Part shown: positions 1 through 11,070 of the stretch, in pieces
Layout of the letters: the number at the start of each line of letters is the position of its first letter
Position numbering within the stretch: position 1 is the stretch's first letter
Assembly (NCBI RefSeq): GCF_036321535.1
Contig: NC_087436.1
Coordinates: 61,816,001 to 61,880,000, forward strand
Source: Camelus dromedarius
Taxonomy: Eukaryota
DNA: 64,000 bases
Direction: 5' to 3'
Position numbers and translations under genes: made by a program
The notes under the pieces: model-generated
The model's input: only the letters and a program-made list of their open reading frames with translations
Database searches by the model: none
Told to the model about the DNA's origin: nothing

Positions 1-199
1 GCCCCACCATTAGCTCAATTACAGTGGGGAAGTTTTTATCTCATTTTCTTACCTGGTATACTCAAGTGCCCTTAATATTTTAAAAATTTTACTTCAACCC
101 CAAAGCTGCAGTATCAATATAGGATATCTGTCAAGTGACAGAGAACTTAGTGGAAGCAAATCAGGAGAAGAAACACATGCATTGTTCACACACTATGTT

Positions 200-900
200 T
201 CATTCACTTCACATACTCACACAGACTTATTTACTCACTCAATAATTCCTTTGACAAGTATTGAGTAAGCACATCGTGTAGATTTCAGCACCGATGATTA
301 AAACGCAGAAGTTGCCTGCAAAGAGCCCATCGTCTTGTGGGAAAGAAAGTCACATAAGTGGTGACTTTACATCTGTGGCATAAAAGATATCTATGCAGGG
401 AGCTGTGGGAGATAGGGGAGCAGCATCTTCCTCAGCGTGAAGAAGTCAGAAGAAGACTTTTCAGAGGAGGGAACTTGATTCTTGGGGCATGAATATGAGA
501 CAGCTAGTTGGATCAGGGAGCAGAAACGTTTCTGATGAAAAAGATACTTTTCAAGCATTTGTAAAGGCACCGTGAAACACTGAGAGGATGGCAGTCAGTT
601 CTTAATGGCCCACACACAGGGTGCTGTCGTGATGGAGAAAAAGAATGGCAAGTAGGACCTCCTGTGCTACGCAGTGGGATTGAACTTCAACACCACGTTC
701 AGTGAGAAGCTCTGCCGGTTTTCCCGGCTGCGTCAGGAATCCTGATAGAAGACAAGTGAAAGTAATGGAAATGGGAAACACTTGAATCCACCAACAAAAA
801 TAATCTTCTGGTTAGAGAAGAAGTACCTCGTGATCACTGTTTGACAGTTAGAGATAGGCGTATATGAGCAGCGTGATGTTGAAATGAGGACAGACGAAGG
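200..900 (-). mobile_element. L2 LINE fragment (ancient, 3' end)
   Basis: TTCATTCA-like tail, then 'gagcccatcgtcttgtgggaaag' and 'gaagtcagaagaagacttttcagaggagg', resembling the reverse L2 3' end; boundaries approximate. Confidence 0.55.
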
Positions 901-1214
901 GGCTTGTAGTGTAGAATACATTCTCATGGCAGAAATTCCTGATTGATTTTTAGATTAGAAAATACCGCTACTTCAGAGCAACTTTTAATTTTCATCTTGT
1001 TTGTAGTGGGATTGTGTAAATGATGTTTCTTTTTGGATTGGCTGAGAGTAGGACTAAGTCTGAAGCCCTACCATAACAAGAGGGGTCATTTTGTTTTTCT
1101 TATTGAGTCAAATTGCCGCCTTCACCATGTTCCCAGTCTTTATGTATTTGTATTTATTACTTCATGATAGTATGTTTTCTTTTGGGTGTCATTTTATGTG
1201 ATGTATAATAAAAT

Positions 1215-1400
1215 AATAATAATAGCCAGCAACTAGTAAGTATTTATAACTTGCCAGCCGTTGTTATAAGTGCTCTTTTATTTCAAAACCAAAGCTGTGA
1301 AGTATTACCATTATCCCCATTTTACAGATGAGACATAAACTGAGGCAGAGAAATGTTACTTGCTTTGCCCAAGCATGTTTGCACAGCTATAGCAAAAGTG
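1215..1400 (-). mobile_element. MIR SINE
   Basis: MIR core 'attatccccattttacagatgag...aaactgaggcagaga...ttgcccaag'. Confidence 0.8.
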
Positions 1401-2959
1401 TGATTCACAGCCAATACACTTAGTCAATATTCTATCCACATATTTTTGTTTTCCTTCATCTTCAGAATTAAAGTGGGATATAATTGAAAGGTACTAAAAT
1501 TGCCATAAGGACTCAAACTCAAAGATTAGTTGATCTACATGTTTTATTCTACTTTTCTTAGAAATACCTTCTGATTGAGAGATTTAAAAATATCTTTTCT
1601 ATGTTTTATTTTTTTCTGGCTCTTTAATTCATTTGAAACATATATGGTTAAAATGTTATATATATTAACAGTTTTCCCAACTGTGTAACCTTATCTTTTT
1701 GATTGATTTGTGTTGCCAAATTTGTCAGGTAACAACCATATGTGTTTTTTTGGAAAGCTATGGTCTTCAGTTGATTTGCCTGATAATTCTTGTATTCTTT
1801 TAGTTTTTGTTAATTTGTATTAGTTATTATCTCATTCATATTTCATATGTTACTGCATTGATTAGAAATTATAGAAAATGATACATAATCATGATAGTAT
1901 TCCTTTAGTGTTTTATTGTTAGTTATAATAATGGTTCTTATAACATCAATTACAATGTTAACATGATGCAAGATGAAAGCATTCCATTTATGTAATGTAA
2001 TAGAGTTAGCAAATTGCATACCTTGGGACTCGGACCCATGCCTGCCTGGCTACAAAGTCCCTATTTATAAATATTATTCTATATGCAACCCAGGAGTTCT
2101 CAGTAGTCCTGGAGCTTTGAATCTGTTTCATTTGTTTTTATGATCATCTAAGTGGAATGCAGGATAATGAGTTCAAGGCACAACATAACAATTATTTTAA
2201 TATTTTTGCCACTCACATATTTTTAAGGTTTTGAGAGGACGTTGGGCATATTTCTGCTATATCACCTATATGTTTTAACTATCATAAACTGTATGATCAC
2301 TGTTTCATTACAGATTCTATCAAGTTTGTTAAACACTTGGCTAAGTATTAAAAAAAAACTCAGATTAAATCTGCTATTCCTTCCTACTCATTTCTTTCAA
2401 TAACAGTAGATTAGAGGATTCTGTACCTAGAAGTATGTTATATGTTTTGGTTTCTATTAAGTCCATGCCATAGCTTCTTAAACTGATGATACCAACAAAT
2501 TAACATCAAGTTAACATTTTTATTTAAAAATATACAGATATAAAATTATTAGAATATGTATGCAAGTAATTCTCTGTGTACCAATCATGGGACCATTAGC
2601 ACCTTGGACTCCTAAAAGTAGAAATTGAAATTACACCAAGAAAATAGAAAGACTTTAACATACCTAGACTGTACAGTGTTATTGTTTGTTATTCTGTAAG
2701 TGGGACTATAAAAAATAATCAAGAAATTATGACATCAAACTATACTTAGGAATTTTTTTTACCCAATCATGAAGTATTTTTAAACTGTGTATTGCACAGC
2801 TTCTGGTTTTCATAGTAGGAAATTTGCACTGTGCACACCTCTTTGTCAACTTCTTGTAGCCCTGCTGTGATCTGATTTATCTTTCACTAGCTAAAGGTAT
2901 TCACTTTTTGCAATTTTTGTTTCAGTGTTCAGGATTGGTTTATTTTATCTATAGAAAAC

Positions 2960-3195
2960 AGACTGCCTACTATTTATTGAACAAATATTCTGTTTCTGGC
3001 AGGAGCTAGTTGAGCTATTTTCATTGTATCATTTAATCTTCATAACAACCTTGGAGTCTGATATTGTTATTTCAACTAAATGACTTAGAAAATGTATGGT
3101 GAGAGAGTGAAGTGCCTGCTTATGTAAGTAGGTGCCAGAACCAAGATTTGCACCAGATTTAGACTTATTTCAAAGTATTTACACTTAACCTCTTC
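2960..3195 (-). mobile_element. MIR SINE (diverged)
   Basis: 'tcatttaatcttcataacaacc...gtaggtgccagaaccaagatttgcacc' matches the MIR layout. Confidence 0.65.
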
Positions 3196-4497
3196 TAGAC
3201 TATGCAGCTTTCCAGTATCCTACCACTGTCAAGGATAAAGTACTTAGATTGAGTCAATACTCTGTTCACTTTCACCTTTGCATTTAGTCACAAAGGAGAA
3301 CAAGAGAGGGTATCCATCAGGAATCTATACATCTTAGGCAACTGATTATCCTAAGGGGAAAGATTGTTAAAATCCAAAAGTTTGGTTCCAGGGCAATTGG
3401 TAAACATGGAAAAGCTTCATTACTTAAGATGGTTCTACTGCCTGGCCTCTATGAATATAAGGTGGATTAAAGGTAAAAGAGCTACTTCTCCATAAACTTT
3501 AGGAGATATTGAGAGCAGATTTCTCAAGTAGTTCTGCTACTGATAGTAATGGCTGAAGTCACTTTGGCTCCATTACATTATTATATCGGGTATTGTTTAC
3601 AAATAATACCAAAGCCTTGGCTGGGGTGGCGCTATTAGTCATCAGGCTTACAGCAGCGGTAGTGCCCTCATTTGCTCATTCGGTACCATTGTCACTGGAC
3701 ACTGCTATCCTCAGGAGGGACAGTGCAGCATGTGCTGTTTGCAATTTCTTCGGTAGTTTTTGGAATTGCTGCCTTCTTTGGCTGTGTTTGCCAGTAGGTT
3801 TACTTTTATCTTTCTTGAATTTCTTCCTATTCATTTCCTTTACTTTTTCTTCTTTGTTGTTTTAATGCCTAACTTTAACTGCATAGGAAACATAAAGAAA
3901 AATGCCACTCCTGCTTTTAATAACTTAGTGCCAACAATATGCCCAAAGCCAGGATTCTAAGCTTATTAGTTAAACCCAACCCTTCCTAAGATGAAGCACA
4001 ATATTCCTGTTGGGCAAAGGTCTACTCTAATATTCTGTAAACATTAGGCTGAATTTCAAGTAATGCAGAGGAATCTCTTTTGATGCTACTTCCTCCAAAT
4101 TGTCCTTTTGATTGAAGCTTATTTATTAACTCCATCATCAAGAAAGTTTGGGAAATACACTATATGCATAATACCATGCAAAATTATTCATCTCACAGTA
4201 CCACTGTTTTTGTTTGTGTATTCTAATATTTCCTCCCCTCACTGTCATCTCCTTTCTGGACTATCACTATAAATTAAGTAATCACATTATGTCCAATCTC
4301 TCTCTGCAACAATTCATTCTAGATATTTATACATGTTTAATTTCCCCCCAAATCACTGTTTTCTTCTGGCCATATTCCTGTACTCAAAAATCATAATGTT
4401 TTGTTTACAATGTCATATTATTTATTCTGAAGATCAAGATCAGGCTTCTGAAACTGGAAACGAAGTCACTTCACAATAGGACTGATGACTAACTTTT

Positions 4498-5958
4498 TTA
4501 TTGAAGTATAGTTGATTCTCATGTTTTAGTTTCTGGTATACAGCAAAGTGATTCATATAAATATATTCTTTTTCACATTCTTTTCCATTATATTTTATTA
4601 CAAGATATTGAATATAGTTGTCTGTGCTATACAGTAGGACCTTGTTGTTCATCTATTTTATATATAATAGTTTGTATCTGCTAATCCCAAACTCCCAATT
4701 TATCCCTTCCTACCCTCTTTCCCCTTTGGGGAAACAAACATATATTTGTTTTCTATGTCTATGAGTCTGTTTCTGTTTTGCAAATAAGTTCATTTGTATC
4801 ACTTTTTTTATATTCCACATATAAGTGATATGGTATGATATTTGTCTTTGTGTATCTTAACTTCATTTAGTATGATAATCACTAGGTCCATCCAAGTTGC
4901 TGCAAATGACATTATTTTATTCTTTTCTATGACTGAGTAATATCCCATTGCATATATATCACATCTTCTTTATCCATTCATCTGTTGATAGACATTTAGG
5001 TTGCTTCCATGTCTTGGCTACTGTAAATAGTGCTGCTATGAACATTGGAGTGCATGGAAGTTATCTTTTCAAATGAGAGTTTTCTCTGAATATACGTCCA
5101 GGAGTAGGATTGCTGGACATACAGTAACTCTGTTTTTAGTTTTCTAAGGAACCTCTATAATGTTCTCCATAGTGACTGCACCAGTTTACATTCCCACCAA
5201 TGTAGGAGGGCTTCCTTTTCTCCACATCTTCTCTAGCATTTATTGTTTGTGGACTTTTTAATCATGGCCATTCTGACTGGTGTGAGGTGATACCTCATTG
5301 TAGTTTTGATTTGCATTTCTCTAATAATTAGCGATATTGAGCTTTTTTTCTTATTGGCCATTTGTGTGTCTTCATTGGAGAAATGTCCATTTAGGTCTTC
5401 TGCCCACTTTTGGATTGGGTTTTGTTGTTGTTGTTGTTGTTACTGAGTTGTATGAGCTGTTTGTATATTCTGGAAATTAAGCCCTTGTAGGTCATATCAT
5501 TTGCAAATATTTTCTTCCATTCTGTAGGTTGTCTTTTTGTTTCATTTATCATTTCCTTTGCTGTGCCAAAGCTTGTAAGTTTAGTTCGGTCCTGTTTATT
5601 TATGTTTGCTTTTATTTCTGTTGCCTTTGGAAATTGACCTAAGAAATATTGCTACGATTTCTGTCAGAGACTGTTTTGCCTAAATTCTCTTCTAGGAAGT
5701 TTATGGTGTTGTATCTTATATTTGTCTTTAAGCCATTTGGGGTTTATTTTTATGTACAGTGTGAGGGAGTGTTCTACCTTCATTAATTTACATGCAGCTG
5801 TCCAGTTTTCCCAACACCACTTGCTGAAGAGGCTGTCTTTACTCCATTGTATATTCTTGCCTCCTTTGTGAAAGATTAATTGCCTGTAGGTGTGTGGGGT
5901 TATTTCTGGGCTCTCTATTCTGTTCCATTGATTCATATGTCTGTTTTTGTGCCAATAA
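4498..5958 (-). mobile_element. 5'-truncated L1 (cetartiodactyl-type 3'UTR plus ORF2 C-terminus) with TSD
   Basis: ORF2-like peptide [43 protein letters not shown] (5664-5936). 3'UTR 'ctgtgctatacagtaggaccttgttg'. 14-bp TSD GATGACTAACTTTT (4484-4497) / GATGGCTAACTTTT (5959-5972), with a TT/AAAA endonuclease site on the minus strand. Confidence 0.95.
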
Positions 5959-8667
5959 GATGGCTAACTTTTAAAACCTATTCTTTTCTACTTGTTTTTA
6001 TTAACTTTCAAGCAAATGTGTTCTTGGAGCAGACCTTGTAAATTGCCATCTTCATGTCTCTGATATTACTATTTTCTCATTATCTAACCATCTTTAACCC
6101 ATAATTCAGGATTTAGTCCAGGCCTCATCTCCTCTAGAAAGGCTTTTTCTAGACCAGAGTGGCCTTCCTCTTTCACTCTTATAATTGTTTTCACATCTTA
6201 CAATAGTTTTTCTCTTATTCCTCAAGGACCCTGCATGGGCCTAGAGGAGAAACGTCTTATGTATACTTCTCTGGATTTCCTACAGCACTTAATATAGTAC
6301 TTGTGTATAGTAGATTTCCATTTTTTATTTATTGGATGATTGGTTGATTGCACAAAAGCAACATAAGTACTATTGTTGACCTTTGAGAGTTTACAATATA
6401 ATTATAGTATTGCATTATTTTTGGCTGGAGGAGTCTCAAGGGATTTGAAAGTATTCTTAAATTATGACTCATAAGAAGAAGTCAAGGATACAGCTCAGAA
6501 TCTTTCCCCTATAAAATGAGGGCTGTTGTTCTACAATATCCACTGGAGTTCCTCCTACTCTATTCTGTAGGAATGCAGAGAAGGAATATATTAACTTAGA
6601 GAAGATGGAACTTTTTTAAGTTTTGAGGAATTTAAAAGGTCATCAAGCAAAAGGAAGAGATTCTAGGTGGTAGGTGGTGAGATTCTCACAACAAATAGCT
6701 GGAAGAAGACAGCAAGTAGTCTACATTTAGGTGTTACAAGGAAATTAGCCTGGCGTGGTTGCAGGCTTCTTGAATTGGCATGTGTGACATAACCCTGGAG
6801 AAGAAATATAAGATCCATATAATGCTTTCATCAAAAACATGCAAAGGGAAGCTACTTAAGAGGTAAAACTTAAGATATGAAAGAGAGAGGCTACTTATAG
6901 GTCACAGTGCTGTGCCCACTTAGAAAAACAATGTTTCAGACATTACTTCATGGCTTTTTGCTTTGCAAGCCTAGTATGTATGGCTTATATAAGCATCTGA
7001 ATGTATTTGAAACTATCAGCTTTCTTTTCTTTTTCTCTTTTGAAGTTCTCCAACTTTAAAAAAAAATCTCCAAATTTATAAGTTATTTTAGAAAGTACAC
7101 AATGTGTCAAAGGTTCCCAGAGTTGACTTGGAGAAAACTCTGAACATGTCTTCAAATAAAAAAGAAAGATTTCAAATATTTTATCAATGCTTACTATATT
7201 ACCTCAGCAACACAGCTGGAGAAAATCACTGCAGAAACAGGGTAAGACCTGGTGGTACAGAGTGTGATCTGAGACTGATTAGCCAATAGCTCTCGTAAGC
7301 TGAATCTCCTATGCCAGGATGAACTTGTACTGGCAGGAAGAGTATTATTGAAAGGCAGCAGAATCATTATATCCATTTCTATGAAAAATGAAATACTTAG
7401 AAGGAGGGCCCAGAAGAAATGACTAAAAACTGAAGTTTGCCTCATGAACTCTTTACTGACTGGGTAGGAAAAAAATATATGGAACAGGTGATGGGCTTTA
7501 TTGATGCCATATCACAAAAAGTACTCTATCCAATCCACAGAATTAATTAGAGCATACTTACCACTTTATTTCCAAAGACGGAAATAGAAGATTTATATTT
7601 TCACATAAAGTTCTATTTGTTAATAATCAAGTAAATATTTCTATGCTTCTGTAATGCATAGTTAATATTAGTGTTTCTTAGATTGCCCTAAGTAAGGGAA
7701 AAATTCCCTTTGAATGAAAATCAGAATGTGAATTTAGTTTCTTGGCTTAAACATGTCCCTCCTAGATCTACCTGTTTTCTCTGCACAGTTGTTCATATCA
7801 TCCAAGTGCAGTTAATCTCTCTGTGTAGTGGACATGGCTATTTTTGCAGTGCCTTAAGAGTTTTGTTGGTTGCCAGATCATTAATGGGCTATGAATTATG
7901 CAATAAACTTCTCCTGCACCAATAAAGAAGAAGCCAGCAGTGAAGTCTAGCCTGAGAATAGATGAAATGCAACAATAAAAGCCATAAACACGTTTTTTCA
8001 TTTGAAAGTCCTATTAAGAATTAGAAATAATTCATGTTCAGATGGTTTTGTATGGCAGAGATGCTGTAATGAAAGAGTTTGCAGGACTTTTAAAAAAATG
8101 AAGAAGAAAAGGAGAAGATCATTGCACTTGAAACAGAGCTGTGACTGGGAAGCAGGGAGTTCATTTCCTTTGTTTCCTTCTTCCTGTTAAAGTCTCTGGC
8201 TGGTAAAAGTTACATGTAGAATCAAATTATGGGCCCATATATAATTTATCAGGTGGTTATTTTTATGGAAAAAAAAACTCACTTGCTTTTTTTTTTTAAA
8301 GCACTTTTATGTAATACCATTTTAAATTCATGTTAAAGATCTAAAAATATTTTCATGTTTGAAGCTGATTGTACCAATGATATAGCTCTTTCTAGGTCTG
8401 AGAGTAAAAAAAAATGAGAAATGAATAACATTTCTTCTTAAGCAAAATACCCATTAGAAATGCTTTAGCCTGAAATTGCAGTTTATTTTGAGTGAGTCTG
8501 CCATTATGTGAAATTTGGTCATTTTGCCTTTAGATTTCTACAGGATGGAAAAACACTTGAAATAAGTATGGATAGCACTTAAAAAGCATGTGTATGAGAT
8601 ACACATGGTCAGACACTGTAGTTCTTTCACTTACTAATTGAGCTTGGGACAAATAAGTTACTCTCTT

Positions 8668-9446
8668 TGTTATGGATTGAACTGGATCCTCCCTCCCCAT
8701 GTCATATGTTAAAGTTCTACACTCAATACCTCACAACGTGACCTTACTTGGAAATAGGGTTATTGAAGATGTAAATTAAGATGAGGTGATTAGAGTGGCC
8801 CTTAATCCAACATGCCCTTATAAAAAGGGGAAATTTGGGCATAGAGGTACTGTTAGGGAAATTAAGTAAAACAAACTCTTCCTCTAACCCAGAAAACCTC
8901 TCCATAAAGGTAGTAGAGAAAGGAAATAGTTTTATTATTGAACCAGAGTTAAACCAGAATGTGATGCGTATCCCAGACAATCGCTAAAGGGTTGTAAAGA
9001 CAGAAAGATATCCTCACTCTTTTATGTAACCAAGCAGATACAACCCATGGCATGCGTTTTCAAGATAAACAATGACTAGTCAAGTAAAAGAACTTGACAG
9101 CCCCTTCTGTCACATGCAGTTCACCTGATAATTAGAGTAACCTTCTGTGTTGGCTAATTGGCTTTATCCAGGAGGAAACACACTTCTTGTATCCTTATGA
9201 CGGGATAGTTTTGCAACTTGGAATCACGTCCCAGCAAAATTAGGCCCTGCCTTCCCACAGACACTGGGAGGTGGAGGGTGCTGTCTCCCTTGAGGATTCT
9301 CTTTCACAGCCCTCAGAAGGAACCAACCCTGCTGATGTATCTATCTCAAACTTCCAGCCTCCAGAAGTGTCAGACAACACATTTCTGTTGTTTAAACCAG
9401 TCAGTTTTTGGTACTTCGTTTAAGGTAGCCCTAGCAAACTAACACA
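8668..9446 (+). mobile_element. MaLR LTR (MLT1B/C-like), interrupted at 8851-~9293
   Basis: Starts 'tgttatggattgaactg'; contains 'gtgaccttacttggaaatagggt' and 'cagccctcagaaggaaccaaccctgctga'; ends 'gcagccctagcaaactaacaca'-like. Confidence 0.88.
8851..9293 (-). mobile_element. ERV1-class LTR fragment (MER89-like, tentative) nested in MLT1
   Basis: TG start at 8851, reverse polyA signal 'ttttatt' near 8930, motif 'cccagaaaacctctccataaaggtag'; right end truncated. Confidence 0.65.
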
Positions 9447-9749
9447 CTATATTTCAGTTTCCTCCTGGAATGGGTGGGGCTTGGGAAGGCTTGAGAACTG
9501 TAAAGTGGGTGTGGTAACAATATCTACTGCAGAGGATTGTTAAGAAAAATAAGTTAAGCACTTAAAATGCTTAGCCAAGTACCTGGAGCATAATACTCAA
9601 TACATCTTACCTGTTGTTACCATTCTTCTTTCCTGAGCAGATTACATAGCATTATTAGTTGTGATCAGGTTAGACAAAATTCTCTCATGTTCTTTGCATC
9701 TCAGAAATTCAGTTACTCTATTTTTTTCTGTCTTAAATTCTTAAGCCCC

Positions 9750-10850
9750 TTTTGTTCATTTCACTGCAAATCAATTAATAAAAGTAATATATTGAGTATC
9801 TCCTATTTAACAAATATTCATTGAGTACTTCCTGTGGAATATGCATGTTGAAAAATGATTAGGTGAAGTAATGGAAATATAGAGGAATATAGAGGAAACA
9901 TAGAAAAGGGAGGAATCTGGGTACAAGAGGGAAAAGTGAAGACAACAGATTAGATAATGTCTACAGTGGTGTTCATGTTGCCAGTGGATCCAACGGCTGT
10001 TCCAGGTTCTTGTCCTGTCCCAGAAAGAATTCAGAGACAAGACTTAGAGGTTAAGAAAAGTAAAGTGAGGATTTATGAAAGAATGGACAGTACACTCTCA
10101 AGGGGAGAGCGGGCAGGCTCAGGTAAGCAGCTGCCCTCCCTGAGTTTCCTTGGCAAGTTAGTTATCTAGCGTGTAAAAATGAATTGGCAGAATATTCATT
10201 GAGGAGGCAAGGGCTTGGGGTCATATTTCCTGATTATCATCCCAACTCCACCTTCCCAAAGGGAGGAGGCATTTTTGTGCATGATGGGTACTTCTGACTT
10301 GCAAGGCCAATTTTATTGAAATGAGGGCATAATGAGCAAAAGGTTACATTCGGGCCCTGGAAATTCCTGCCTTTTCTGACCTTTCTTTGTTGGTCTCCAG
10401 GCCAAAAGGTGTGGCCCCTTATTAGCCCAAAGATTCCTGCTTTTCTTTCTCTGCCCAGGGGCCCCTGGTGCTTATATGATGTATGTTTTCCTGCATTTGG
10501 CTTGTGCCCCTCCTTTCTGCCCAATTTCTGTCATTTGGTCTGTGTCCCCGTCTCTCTGCTCGTATCTAGTTATCTTCCTGCTCTAACATTTAGAGGTCAA
10601 ATTCATTGCCCAGGAAAGGGCAAAGATAGTCATTCTAAGTAGCAGCAGGACCCCCAAAGCAATGAACAACATAGAATAGTGCTTGTTGCTGCAAGTATTT
10701 CTAGAGCCTAAAATTGTGGGGGGAGCAGGGTGGGATGTGGCTACAAGGGAGACATGGCCAGATTATGCCAGAACAAAGGGAGAATGTCGAGTTAGAGATG
10801 GAAGCTTTAGAAATGAACTGAGAAGGAAATGCAATAGGGTAATAGAATTT
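9750..10850 (-). mobile_element. L2 fragment split by the solo LTR at 9976-10588
   Basis: 'tttaacaaatattcattgagtacttcctgtg' on the left and 'ttgcccaggaaagggcaaagatagtcattctaag' on the right. Confidence 0.5.
9976..10588 (-). mobile_element. Lineage-specific ERV1-type solo LTR (613 bp)
   Basis: TGTT...AACA termini, 4-bp TSD TTCA/TTTA (1 mismatch), U5-like 'gtctctgaattctttctgggacaggacaagaacc' on the minus strand, raised GC and CpG. Confidence 0.88.
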
Positions 10851-10879
10851 TTAGTCCAAATGCCATCTACTGTGTAATG

Positions 10880-11070
10880 AGAGCTAACTATACACGGGGC
10901 CCTATTCTAAGTACTTTAGTGTGTATTAACAACTGCAGTATATAGAGCAACACTGTCAGGTCAGTATTTCTATCTTCAGTTTACAGGAAAAGAAACTCAG
11001 GCACTGTGAGATTAGGCAATATAATTATGATCTAGTAGCAGAGGTAGAATTTTGAAGTATGTGGGTTTGG
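10880..11070 (-). mobile_element. MIR SINE
   Basis: 'ttcagtttacaggaaaagaaactcaggcact' core. Confidence 0.65.

Larger units (their letters stand above)
8585..9620 (+). mobile_element. MIR split by the MLT1/ERV1 insertion (pieces ~8585-8667 and ~9447-9620)
   Basis: Left piece ends 'aagttactctctt' and right piece resumes 'tttcagtttcctc', contiguous in the MIR consensus. Confidence 0.65.

Noticed and set aside
3593..3865. 90-aa plus-strand hydrophobic ORF resembling a signal peptide/TM protein
   Set aside because: Non-ATG start; the hydrophobicity follows from the T-rich strand
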